In this document: positions 42,832-55,753 of the stretch, piece by piece
Layout: each line of letters begins with the position of its first letter
Numbering within the stretch: position 1 is the stretch's first letter
Source: the human T2T-CHM13v2.0 reference genome, Homo sapiens
NCBI RefSeq assembly: GCF_009914755.1
Contig: NC_060942.1
DNA: 64,000 nucleotides
Reading direction: 5' to 3' (one strand)
Made by a program: the position numbers and the translations under genes
Notes under the pieces: model-generated
What the model was told of the DNA's origin: nothing
The model's database searches: none
The model's input: only the letters and a program-made list of their open reading frames with translations

Positions 42832-43374
42832 TTATGTAGTGAGGGAACCTCTTTCTGCCCATATAACAGCATGGTGGTTCAGGATATGGAAAGGATATTT
42901 AGAGTCAGTATAAATATTGATGCATAGTCCTTTTGCAAGAGTGAGAGCTCGAGTTAAGGAAATGAGTTCAGCTTGCTGAGAGGTAGTGGAGGGGGGCAGA
43001 GCAGTAGCCTCAATGATAGATGTGGTAGATACTATAGCATAGCCTGCCTTTGCTGGTGAGTGGCGATGAGGCCTGGTGGAACTGCCATCAATAAACAAAG
43101 TGTGTTCAGGGTGAGGAACAGGAAAGAAGGAAATATGGGGAAATGGCATGAATGTCAGGTGGATCAGAGAGATACAGTCCTGGGGGTCAGGTGTGGTACC
43201 CAGAATAATGTGGGAGGCCAGGTTGAAGTCTGGGCCAGGAACAATGGTAATTGTGGGAGACTCAACAAAAAGTGAGTATAGCTGAAGGATCCGGGGAGCA
43301 GAAAGTATATGCGTCAGGTGGGAGGGAGAAAATAGATTTTGGAAGTTATGAGAACTGTAGAGTGAGTTGAGCAT
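42832..43374 (-). pseudogene. pol: HERV-H pol RNase H remnant
   Basis: FIDGSS...AGYAIVS...TSQQAELISLTRAL...INIYTDSKY. Confidence 0.9.
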
Positions 43375-43865
43375 AGTGTGTGATTTTTAGCCATGGGGTG
43401 CATAAGCAAGACAATTTGGTTGATAAGGTGCAGATCCTGAACTAACCTGTAAGGCTTGTCTGGTTTTTGCACAGGTAAAATGGAGGAATTGTAAGGAGAG
43501 TTTATAGGTTTTAAAAGGCCATGCTGTAACAGGCAAGTGATAACAGGCTTTAATCCTTTTAAAGAGTGCTGTGGGATGGGATATTGGTGTTGAGTGGGGT
43601 AAGGGTGATTAGGTTATAATGGGATGGTAAGGGGTGCATAATTGGTTGCCAAGGAGGGAGTAGAGGTGTCCTATAGTTGTGGATTAAGGTGGAGAGATAC
43701 AAGGGGAGGATGTGAAGGAGGCTTTGAACTGTGGAAAAGGGTGGCAATGAGGTGCGGCTGTAGCCTAGGAATAGTCAGGGAAGCAGATAATTTAGTTAAA
43801 ATATCTCAGCCTAATAAGGGAACTGGGCAGGTGTGGATAACTAAAAAGGAGAGCATAAAAGAATA

Positions 43866-44081
43866 TTATCCAAGTTGGCACCAGAGTTGGGGAGTTTTAA
43901 GAGGTTTAGAAGCCTGGCCATCAATACCCATAACAGTTATGGAGGCAAAGCAAACAGGCCTTTGAAAAGAAGGTAATGTGGAGTTGATAGCCTCTGTATT
44001 GATTAAGAAGGGGACAGACTTACCCTCTACTATAAGAGTTACAGAAAGCATCTGTGATGGTCCGGGAAGCTTCTGAGGCAA
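43866..44081 (-). pseudogene. pro: HERV-H protease remnant (active site mutated)
   Basis: VEGKSVPFLINTEA (degenerate DTGA motif) ... VMGIDGQ. Confidence 0.8.
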
Positions 44082-44205
44082 TTAGGCAGTGTCAGTCTTC
44101 AGCCACTAAGCCAAGAAGATCTGGGAAGGAGTCAGTCAGAGAGCCTTGGGCCAGAGTTCCAGGGGCTCTGGGAGTGGCTGCCCGGTGAGTTGGACAGTCT
44201 GATTT

Positions 44206-44457
44206 TCAGTGGGGTCCTGCACAGATGGGACACAGCTTAGGAGGAATCCTGGGCTGCAGGCATTCCTTGGCCCAGTGGCCAGATTTCTGGCACTTGAAGG
44301 AAGATCCCAATGGAGAAGGTCCTGTAGGAATGCTTGACTGCTGTGGCTTAAGCATGTACAGCTTAGGCATTTTGAAGTTCTTGTGTGCTGGAGGTGTGGT
44401 TGGGTTTTGTCTCACAGTAGAGGCAAGTAATTGTAACTTTTGTCTATTTTTGTACAC
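44206..44457 (-). pseudogene. gag: HERV-H gag nucleocapsid remnant
   Basis: FKCQKSGHWAKEC and CPICAGPH zinc-knuckle remnants. Confidence 0.85.
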
Positions 44458-45975
44458 CTTGAAGTCGAGGTTAATTAAGTCCTGTTGTGGGGTTTGAAGG
44501 CCAGAATTTAATATTTTGAGCTTTATTTAATGTTGGGAGTGGACTGGGTAATAAAATACAATGCCTATTGAGAGTAAGATGGCCTTCTGACCTTTCAGGG
44601 TCTAGGGCTGTAAAGCATCTCAGGGTTGCTGCCGAACAAGCCATGAACTGGGCCGGGTTTTTATATTTGATGAAAAAGAGCCTAAACACCAACTGATTTG
44701 GGAGAGGTCGGATAAAGAAAAAGGAGCATTAACCTTGACTATGCCTTTAACTCCAGCCACCTTTTTAAGAGGAAATTGCTGGTCAGGTGGGGGAGGGCTA
44801 GTCACGGAACAAAACTGTAAGCCGGGCCAGGTGTGAGGAGGGGAGGTAATAAAAGGATTATAGGGTGGGGGAGTGGAGGCTGAGGGAGAATTTGGACCTG
44901 GCTTGGCCTGTTGAGGAGCAGCCTGGGGAGGAGGAGAGAGGTCAGATGGGTCTGTAAAAAAGGAAGATTGGAAAGACTCAGCAACACTTGGGGTTGGGAC
45001 TGAGGGGACAGGCGGGAGGGAAAGAAGGAAGATTTGGGATGAGTTGCATTGGGAGCAGACTAGGGAGGGACCGATGTGTAAAAGAATGCCTGGACGTCAG
45101 TCACCTCAGACCATTTTCCCATTTTATGACAAGAATTATCTAGATCTTGTAGGACGGAAAAATCGAAAGTGTCGTTTTCTGGCTATTTGGAACCATTATC
45201 AAGTTTGTGTTGGGGTTAAGCGGCATTGCAGAAGAAAATAAGGTGGTTAGGTTTTAGGTCATGTGTGAGTTGAAGAGGTTTTAAGTTCTTGAGAACACAG
45301 GCTAAGGTAGAAGAAGGAGGAATGGAGGGTGGAAGGTTGCCTATAGTGAAGGAGGCAAGCCCAGAGAAATGTGCTAATCCACATTGCAGCCCAGGGCTGC
45401 TCTGCACCCCTTCTCTCCGTGTCTCTACCCTCTCTTTTATCTCCACTTTCCTGGGGGTCAAGAACCCTCCAGGTAGAGACATGGAGAGAAGGCATTGGGA
45501 GCAGCCCTGGGCTGCATGGAGACATGGAGAGAAGGGGTGGGGGGTGCTTAACCCCCAGGAAAGTGGAGAGAAAAGAGAGGGTAGGGACATGGAGAGAAGG
45601 AGTGGGGAGCAGCCCTGGGCTGCAATGTGGGTGAGCAGCCAGAGCAGGCATCCCCGCAATTGACTTGCCACCAAGGGAATGTGGGTGAATGACCAAAGCA
45701 GGCATCCCCGCACTGATCAGACACCAATGGAGTGTGGGTGAATAATCAGGCAGGTGTCCCCACAGTGATTAAACACCAAGGGAAGACTGTCTTCCCGAGT
45801 CCATGACGAGTGCCGGAGTTTTGGGTTCACAGATAAAACACGTCTCCTCTGTCTCTACCAGAAAAGGAAAGGAATTGAAATTCAGAGAAGGGAGATTGAA
45901 GTGTGACACCAAGATTGAAAAGAGAAAGAAGTTGAGGGATAGTGAGAGAAGTTGGAGAAGACAGTAAAGAGAGGC

Positions 45976-45985
45976 CACTTACCCG
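45976..45985 (-). promoter_or_regulatory. HERV-H major splice donor (CGG|GTAAGT)
   Basis: Minus strand ttttaaatcgg|gtaagtggcc, ~145 nt downstream of the 5' LTR, at the usual HERV-H donor position. Confidence 0.7.
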
Positions 45986-46108
45986 ATTTAAAATTGGTGA
46001 GATGTCCCTTGGGCTGGTTGTTCTGAGGACCAGAGGTCGTAGGTGTATCTTTCTCATGGAGCAAAGAGCAGGAGGACAGGGGATTGATCTCCCAAGGGAG
46101 GTCCCCCA

Positions 46109-46126
46109 GTCCGAGTCACCACACCA
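46109..46126 (-). other. Primer-binding site, tRNA-His type (mutated)
   Basis: tggtgtggtgactcggac versus the HERV-H PBS TGGTGCCGTGACTCGGAT, 2 nt downstream of the 5' LTR. Confidence 0.85.
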
Positions 46127-46128
46127 AA

Positions 46129-46531
46129 TTTCACAAGCGTCCATGTGAAGAGACCACAAACAGGCTTTGTGTGAGCAACAAGGCTATTTATTTCACTTGG
46201 GTTCAGGTGGGCTGAGTCCAAAAAGAGAGTTAGCAAAGAGAGAAAGGGGTGGGGCCGTTTCATAGGATTTGGGTAGGTAGTGGAAAATTACAGTCAAAGG
46301 GGGATGTTCTCTGGCTGGAAGGGGTGGGGGTCACAAGGTACTCAGTGGGGGACCTTTTGAGCCAGGATGAGCCAGGAGAAGGAATTTCACAAGGTAATGT
46401 CATCAGTTAAGGCAGGAACAGGTCATTTTCACTTCTTTTGTGATTCTTCAGTTACTTCAGGCCATCTGGATGTATATGATGTGCAGGTCACAGGGGATAT
46501 GATGGCTTAGCTTGGGCTCAGAGGCCTGACA
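46129..46531 (-). repeat. HERV-H 5' LTR (LTR7 family)
   Basis: tgtcaggcctctgagcccaagctaagccatc...cttcacatggacgcttgtgaaa. The TATA box reads cctatgaaac. Confidence 0.95.
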
Positions 46532-48775
46532 ATTACCCTGCCAGAAACTCCAATACTGTGTTGAATAGGATTGGTAAGAGAGGGCATTCTTGTCTTGTGC
46601 CAGTTTTCAAGGGGAATGCTTCCAGCTTTTGCCCATTCAGTTTGATATTGGCTGTGGGTTTGCCATATATGGCTCTTATTATTTTGAAGTGTATTCCTTC
46701 AATACCTAGTTTATTGAGAGTTTTTAACATGAAGGGATGTCGAATCTTATCAAAGACCTTTCTCCATCAATTGAAATTATTATGTGGTGTTTGTCTTTAG
46801 TGCAGCTTATGTGATGAATCACATTTGTTCATTTGCATATGTTGAGCCAACCTTACATCCTGGGGGTGAAGCCAACTTGATCATGGTGGATAAGCTTTCT
46901 GATGCTCTGCCGGATTCAGTTTGTCAATATTTTACTGAGAATTTCTACACTTATGTTCATCAGGGATATTGGCCTGAAGCTTTCTTTTTTTGTTGTATCT
47001 CCGCCAGGTTTTGGTATCAGATAATGCTGGCCTCATAGAATGAGTTGAGAAGGAGTCCCTCCTTTTCAATGTTTTTGAATAGTTTCAGTAGAAATGATAC
47101 CAGCTCTTTTTTGTACTTCTGGTAGAATTCAGCTGTGAATCTGTCTGGTCCTGGCTATTTTTTTTTTTTTTTTTTTGGTTAGTTGGGTATTTATTACTGC
47201 CTTAATTTCAAAATTCATTATGGGTATATTTGAGGATTCAATTTCTTCCTGCTTCAATCTTTGGAGGGTGTATGTGTCCAGGAATTTATCCATTTCTTCT
47301 AGATTTTCTAGTTTATGTGCATAGAGGTGTTTATAGTATTTCCTAATGGTTACTTGTATTTCTGTGGGGTCAGTGGTGATTTCCCCCTTATCAAGTCTGA
47401 TTGTATTTATTTGATTCTTTCTTTTCTTCTTTATTAGTTTAGCTAGTGGTCTATTTTATCAATTTTTTCAAAAAAAAATCTTCTGGATTTGTTGACATTT
47501 TGAAGGGTGTTTTTTTTTTTGTCTTTATCTTCTTCAGTTTAGCCCTGATCTTGGTTATTTCTTGTCTTCTGTTAGCTTTGGGATTGTTTGCTCTTGGTTA
47601 TCTAGTTCTTTTAGTTGTGATGTTAGGTTGTTAACTTGAGATCTTTCTAGCTTTTTGATGTGGGCATTTAGTGCTATAGATTTCCCTCTTAACACTGCTT
47701 TAGCTGCATCCCAGAGATCTTTGGTACATTGTCTCTTTGTTTTCATTAGTTTCAAAGAACTTCTTGATTTCTGCCTCAGTTTCATTATTTATCCAGGAGT
47801 CATTCAGGAGCAGGTTGTTTAACTTCCATGTAGTTGTGTGGTTTTGACTGAATTTCTTAATCTTGAGTTCTAATTTGATGGTGCTGTGGTCTGAGAGACT
47901 GTTTGTTATGATTTTGGTTATTTTGCATTTCCTGAGAAGTGTTTCACTTCCAATTATATAACCAATTTTAGAGTAAATGCCATGTGACGATGAGAATAAT
48001 GTATATTCTGTTGTTTTGGGGTGGAGAGTTTTGTAGATATCTATCAGGTCCACTTGGTCTAGAGCTGAGATCAGGTCCTGAATATCTTTACTAATTTTCT
48101 GTCTCAGTGATCTGTCAAATATTGTCAGTGGGGTGTTAAAGTCTCCCACTATTATTTTGTGAGAATCTAAGTCTCTTTGAAGGTCTCTAAGAACTGTTTT
48201 ATAAATCTGGTTGCTCTTGTATTTGGTGCATATATATTCAGGATAGTTAGATCTTGTTGAATTGAACCTTTTGCCATTATGTAACACCCTTCTTTGTCTT
48301 TTTTGATCTTTGTTGGTTTAAAATCTATTTTGTCAGAAAGTGGGATTCTGACCCCTACTTTTTCTGTTTTCAATTTGCTTGGCAAATTTTCCTCCATTTC
48401 TTTATTTTAGGCCTATGTGTGTCTTCACATGTGAAATTGGTCTCTTGAAGACAGCATGCTGATGGGTCTTGGCTCTTTATCCAGCTTGTCATTCTGTGTC
48501 TTTTAATTGAGGCATATAGCCCATGGACATTTAAGATTAGTATTGTTACTTGTGAATTTGATCCTGTTGGATCAAATAATGCTAGTTGGTTATTTTGTAG
48601 ACTTTTTTATGCAGTTGCTTCATAGTGTCACTGGTCTGTGTATTTCAGTGTGTTTTTGTAGTGGCCAGTAGTGGTTTTTCCTTTCCAAATTTAATGCTTC
48701 CTTCAGGAGCTCTTAAAAAGCAGGTCTGGTAGTGACAAATTCCCTCAGTATTTGCTTGTCTGGAAAGGATCTTAT
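46532..48775 (-). mobile_element. L1PA continuation (ORF1 C-terminus, endonuclease and N-terminal RT), 5'-truncated
   Basis: ORF2 remnants [40 protein letters not shown] and [18 protein letters not shown]. Frameshifted. Confidence 0.93.
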
Positions 48776-49233
48776 GTCATTTCAGTCTTACGTTCAGCAC
48801 CTCAGCATACATTGAGGTCAAGAGATAAATGTGTATTATGTACAACATGGTATATTCATGGTTGTTTTTTCCTCTAGGGCAACCAATCTTTTGTTTCCTG
48901 GACCAAACTTGTCTACCTGACTCTTTTCCCCTATGAGATATATAAGATTGTCTTCTGGGTAGCTCATCATTCTCTCATGCATACCTGAATTGCTGGTGGC
49001 TCATCCCATACCTACTGAACCTGGAGGCATAAATCTGGGTCAAAGAAAGGGAGACTTCACTACATTTAGATTCATACTTCCTGCAAGTTACTAGATCTTG
49101 CATTTTAAGAGAAGCTACAAAAGGAAAGAATACAATTTATGTAGTTACATATTTATTCATTGAAATTACTAAATGCTAAAAGAGATATCCTTGAAAAAGA
49201 AATGCTTTAGAAGTTCTAAAATGAAAGAATTGA

Positions 49234-49599
<366 letters not shown>

Positions 49600-50558
49600 A
49601 TGAAGTCATTTTTAAAAGGTTACATTGATAATTGATATTTGGTTGCAAAGAAAGGCAGATACTTCATCCTAAGGAAAGAGACAAGCAGGCAAAGCTCAAC
49701 CCAGAAACAAAGCCTTGGTCTGGGAAAACCATATAGTGTGTGCCACTCTGAGCTCTTCCTGGCCCACCCATGTCTGAGATTCAGGGAGACAGTGGTACAA
49801 AACTCTTTAGCTTTGAAAGATATTATAATGCATCATTAATTTGATATTCCCCCATAAGAAAAGAGGGCAACATTTTATTTTCTTCACCCCGTATGGCTGC
49901 ATCCCAGGATCTAGCTCTCCCGAGTGGGACAGTGGGTGTTGTCTGGGGAAGAGCAGTGGTGCTTAAGCATCTGACCAGATCTGCTCATAAACACTTGAAT
50001 GAATTCCACAAGAAATCACAGAAATGCTTGGTGGTTGAAAGGATGGTCTTTTTAGTGATCCAGGGGTGAGTTTTAGCAGATGGGACCTGTATCGGTTAAA
50101 AGATCAGTTACAATTAAAAGGACCAGAAGTACTTTTACTTTTTCTCACAGACTGCCTTTTTGTGCTTCTCTACAATTTGTTTATCAGATTTAATGGATAA
50201 CTACAACCTTTGGCTAGTTTCCTGGATGGTTCAATATCTCCTTAGAAAAGTCTCCAAACATATCACACTGAAAATCACATCAATACCCTTTGTGCTTTTT
50301 TAATTCCTTATGAAGACTACAATTAGATAAAGGCTCATCATTAGCTCCAGAAATGAAACTTCGGACTTTACTCATGCAGCAACAACTTTTTGTTCGTAAA
50401 CACTGCAAACAGTACAACCTGTGAACCACACCATTGCATTGATTTGCCATTGTTCAATTTAGGTCTTATTGGCCTAATTATTAGGTTCAATTTAGCTTAA
50501 GGAGCACTAGCACATCATTTCAGTCATAAGGAGTCTAGTGTGTACAGATTCTTTTCCC

Positions 50559-50852
50559 TTTTTTTATGTTTTTGAGATAGGGTCTCATTCTGCACAGTCT
50601 GGAGTGCAATGGAATAATCATAGCTCATTGCAGCTTCCAACTCCTGGGCTCAAGGAATCCTCCCACTTCAGCCTCCTGAGGAGCTGGAATTAACAGATGT
50701 ATGTCACTTTGCCTGACTGATTTTTTTTTTTCTGTAGAGACAGGGTCTTACTACATCACCCGGGCTGGTCTCAAACTCCTGGCTTCAAGTGATCCTCCTG
50801 CCATGGCCTCCCAAAGTACTGGGATTACAGGCAAGAGACACTACACCTGGCC
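50559..50852 (-). mobile_element. AluJ (Jo/Jr-like), highly diverged
   Basis: agggtctc...atcatagctcattgcagc...aactcctgggctcaag...aactcctggcttcaagtgatcctcc. Confidence 0.9.
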
Positions 50853-51624
50853 CAAATCTTATTCAATTGATTCCAACTTTCATTTTTATCACTTCTCCCC
50901 AACACCCCTCACCATTTGCCCCTGCCCTATCTATTCCTCTCTTTTCCTTCCCAAGTTTCAACAGTGCTATCCTCCTTAGAACTGCATTACATGCCCTAAA
51001 ACACTTTCACACTTTCTCTCCTTTCTCTCAACCTGCACTCAATCTGTTCAAGGACCAAACATGCCTAATCGCAGAGAAGCCTCCCCACCCATCAGTCCAG
51101 CCCAGCCCAGAGTCTGAGCACAGGTTACTGCTTGCTCTGGGACTTCTCCACCCATTTCTACCTCCCCACCTGCCGCCTCTGCTCCTCGCCCAGTGGACAC
51201 CCTGAGGCGATCGCCTGCTCTCCCAAGCTAGTTATACCATTATCTTCACTCTCCATCCCTGGAGCCAGTTTTACTGCTCATTGTTCACTAGAGAAAGCAA
51301 AAAAAAAAAAACTAAGGCTTTAATTTTCAGAAGGCACTTAACTAGGGAGGAATTTGGATGCTATGGGACAGTCATGTTTAATCCCTTTTGTTTTTTTACC
51401 ATAACCCATCACAAGAAATACCTTTTACACTCTTACCAAGTGTATATACCTATACACTGAAGAAAACATAAATTAATATAACACACCAGAGGAAGGAACC
51501 AAATACACCAAATATATCATATGCAAAATTAATTCCTGTGAATTCAACCACACATTTGAAAAACAATGGGAATTTAGATAGGATGCATGTACTTTAATAT
51601 ATTATGTATATTTCAGTGTTGTAA

Positions 51625-51830
51625 TTATAATAGCCAACACTTATTCAGCACTTGCTCTGTGCCTGGCACATATATTAAATCACTTAATTCTCCTAACACT
51701 ATGTGGTAGGTGCTGGTATTAGTCCTATTTTATCAATAAGGAAGCTGAGGTACAGAAAGGTTAAATAACTTTCCCGGGGTCACATAGATGGAAGTGATTG
51801 GACCAGGGTTTAAACCCAGGCTGACACACT
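51625..51830 (-). mobile_element. MIR
   Basis: taatagccaacacttattcagcacttgctctgtgcctggcac...aataaggaagctgaggtacagaaaggttaaataact...ggtcaca. Confidence 0.85.
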
Positions 51831-52163
51831 CCACGACTACTACCCTACCTCCTCCATCAGACATGTGTAACTTTATACCACTACGTAAGTTTATGTTCAC
51901 AAAGTATATTGTTGTTTGTCGGTAATTTAGAGGTTTTTCTAGGTTTTTATGATCAGAGTGATATTCTGGTTTCATCCATTACCTTATAATCTTACTCTCT
52001 GCAAGATGAAATTCACAGGAAACATTCATATTCGACAGACTTTTTTAAATTTTGAAGATGGCATGGGCTCTCTTAGTGCAATAAATTGATGTTAATAATT
52101 AGCGTATTCTTTCTAATTAAATATAAAACACTGGAATTATATATTACAATAAGAACCAACTGT

Positions 52164-52516
<353 letters not shown>

Positions 52517-52742
52517 CTATGCAGCAGCTACTCTTAATGCAATTTTAAAATTTCCTTTCTCATAAGAAAATGTACTTATTACAAAAATATTTACTTCCTA
52601 GAATCACAACCTGTTAGAACTAAAAGCAGCCACACTTCAACCAACCTACCATTTTTCCTTTGTGAAAAAGAACCCTGAGACCAAAAGACATGACAATTCT
52701 TCTCAAGGAACAATTTAATTAAAAATGAACAAAAGATGTTAT

Positions 52743-53280
<538 letters not shown>

Positions 53281-54643
53281 CAAAGCTAAGTTCTATGTGA
53301 ATAACTTAAGTTGGTCCAAAGAAATAACAAGTCTGAGTATGAATTTATGCTAATTGGGCACACCTACTCAGAAACAAACAAGTTTAACAAGTTCTCACTG
53401 AGAATATACATTTAGCAGACCTATTAATTTACCAAAATAATAGTAATATTGACATAAAGCAACTATACCAGCTCACAGGATAATAAGATAGCAGTGGACA
53501 TAGGACAATGGTCAAATGCTTCCTGAGTTTCATAAGTTTTATTCTAATTCAACTTAGACATGCCTCATAAGCTGAGTGTGAGGTAGCATTTATGGTTATG
53601 GCATTATCTGGGAGGTATATCTAAAGGAACAAATATTTGGTTCGGCAGTAAAAGAAAGACCATTTAGCTTTTAGTAATGTCTCAAATTTCAAAATCATTT
53701 TGCGGAATCTAGCCAGGTAATGATTTTCCTGAACATTGGACCGTCAATGAATTTGTGAAGGTGATGCATGCAAGAGTTTCCAAAATCATTTTGAAATTAA
53801 GGGCTTACTGTTTAAATCAAATATTTACCCCCAAGTTAGAGAATTTGGTGAATAATATACATATAAATACAAATAAATCATCACTTTGACCCGATACTGC
53901 TTTCAGGTAGGGGTCTAGTGAACTTTTGTATGCATCGTTCTCACAAATTCAACAGCTGTCCAATGTTCAAGAAAGCCATCACCTGGCTAGATTCTGCAAA
54001 TACCATCCTGATGTGTAATAGCCCCTAGTAAGCAACAGGCCCTTAGGTATATAAGCAGTTAGATTGAGAAGATGGATAAGACTGTCACAATCTACTCATT
54101 TGCTCAATGCTATCAAGTATTGGCTAGTCCTACACATGACCCAAAATACTAGAGCATCAACTTATGTTTTAGCAAATTTAGATAATCTTCAGTTTTAAAT
54201 GCCACAACTTTCTGAAATTCAAAGACAATTAAATAAACTAAACTGTATACTCCGTCCTTAAAAATAAGGATGTTTCAAAAGATGGTGATTGATTCATTTC
54301 CTAAGAATGCAAAAGAAGTGAACATTTCATGTAAAATATACTTTAAAGTTAGGAGTTAAGGAGGTGTTCAACTACGTTCATTAAATTTGAAAATCTTTTT
54401 GTCTGCTATCTCTACTGCAGTAAAATGCATATGGTAGATAATCACACTAACAGAATTTCTGATTTTTTATTACATTTTCACTTTCAGTGCTTATATCCCT
54501 TTACTTATTTAAATATAAACAACACTATTTAGGTTTACTGCAATACATTTATTCATTTATGAGCTTTGAAAAGTTTAACAAATTCTTCACAATTTCCCAT
54601 CAAACATATGATATAAGGGGGTAATTTAAATATGAGATCATGG

Positions 54644-55458
54644 CATTTATGTGGCCAAAAAACACATGAAAAAAAGCTCAACATCACTGGTCATTAGAGA
54701 AATGCAAATCAAAGCCACAGTGAGATACCATCTCATGCTAGTCAGAATGGTGACTATTAAAAAGTCAAGAAACAATAGATGCTGGTGAGGCTGTAGAGAA
54801 AGCGAAATGATTTTACACTGTTGGTGGGAATGTAAGTAAGTTCGATCATTGTGCAAGACAGTGTGGCAATTCCTCAAGGATCTAGAACTAGAAATACCAT
54901 TTGACCCAGCAATCCCATTACTGGGTATATACCCAAAGGAATATAAATCATTCTACTGTAAAGACACATGCACATGTATGTTAACTGCAGCACTATTTAC
55001 AATAACAAAGACTTGGAACCAACCCAAATGTTCATCAATGATAGACTGGATAAAGAAAATACAGCACATATATACCATGGAATACTATGCAGCCATAAAA
55101 AAGAATGAGATCATATCCCCTTGCAGGGACATGGATGAAGCTGGAAGCCATCATCCTCAACAAACTAACACAGGAACAGAAAACCAAACACTGCATGTTC
55201 TCACTCAGAAGTGGGAGTTGAGCAATGAGAACCCATGGACACAGGGAGGGGAACAACACACACTGGGGCCAGTCATGGGGTTGGGGGCAAGGGGAGGGAG
55301 AGCATTAGGACAAATGGCTTATTTATGCAGGGCTTATAACCTAAATGACAGGTTGATAGGTGCAGCAAACCACCATTGCACATGTATACGTATGTAACAA
55401 ACCTACGCATTCTGCACTTGTATTCCAGAACTTAAAATAGAATAAAAAATAAAAAAAT
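54644..55458 (+). mobile_element. L1PA (about PA8-PA10) 3' fragment, 5'-truncated
   Basis: ORF2 C-terminus WQFLKDLELEIPFDPAIPLLGIYPKEYK...TMEYYAAIKKNE, then the 3' UTR gatagg tgcagcaaaccacc and an A-tail. Confidence 0.93.
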
Positions 55459-55460
55459 AG

Positions 55461-55753
55461 GACAGGGCACAGTGGCCCACGCCTATAATCCCAGCACTTT
55501 GGGAGGCCGAGGCGGGCAGATCACTAGGTCAAAAGATAGAGATCTTCCAGGCCAACATGGTAAACCGGGTCTCTACTAAACATACAGGCGGCATGCACTT
55601 GTAGTCCTAGCTACTCGGGAGGCTGAGTCAGGAGAATCGCTTAAACCCAGGAGGCGGGGGTTGCAGTGAGCAGAGATTGCGCCTGGTGACAGAGCAAGAC
55701 TCTGTCTCCAAAAATAAATAAATAAATAAAAATATAAAAAATAAACAAATAAA
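55461..55753 (+). mobile_element. AluSc-like with two internal deletions, inserted in the L1 A-tail
   Basis: gatcactaggtcaaaagatagag and gcctggtgacagagc. Linker/right-arm start and the cactgcactcca segment are missing. (TAAA)n tail. Confidence 0.88.

Larger units (their letters stand above)
40801..46531 (-). mobile_element. HERV-H provirus, ~5.7 kb internally deleted form with two LTR7-family LTRs
   Basis: Paired ~404-bp LTRs starting tgtcaggcctctgag, a degenerate His-tRNA PBS, a PPT, and gag/pro/pol/env remnants. Confidence 0.97.

Noticed and set aside
45620-45780. Regularly spaced direct repeats (tgtgggtga...gcaggcatccccgca) resembling a CRISPR-like array
   Set aside because: These are the normal ~47-nt leader repeats of HERV-H. 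The intervening sequence is also homologous, the DNA is eukaryotic and there are no cas genes.
41205-46128. HERV-H as a coding-competent retrovirus or intact env
   Set aside because: Deleted ~5.7-kb form. The gag, pro and pol frames are broken, the protease motif is mutated (NTEA), RT is largely absent, and only an env TM remnant remains.
47700-48397. L1 endonuclease ORFs as a functional ORF2
   Set aside because: Frameshifted, 5'-truncated, interrupted by HERV-H and missing the RT catalytic segment.
39660-48800. TSD for the long L1PA
   Set aside because: No convincing duplicated sequence found between the poly-T flank (~39665) and the 5' truncation (~48775).
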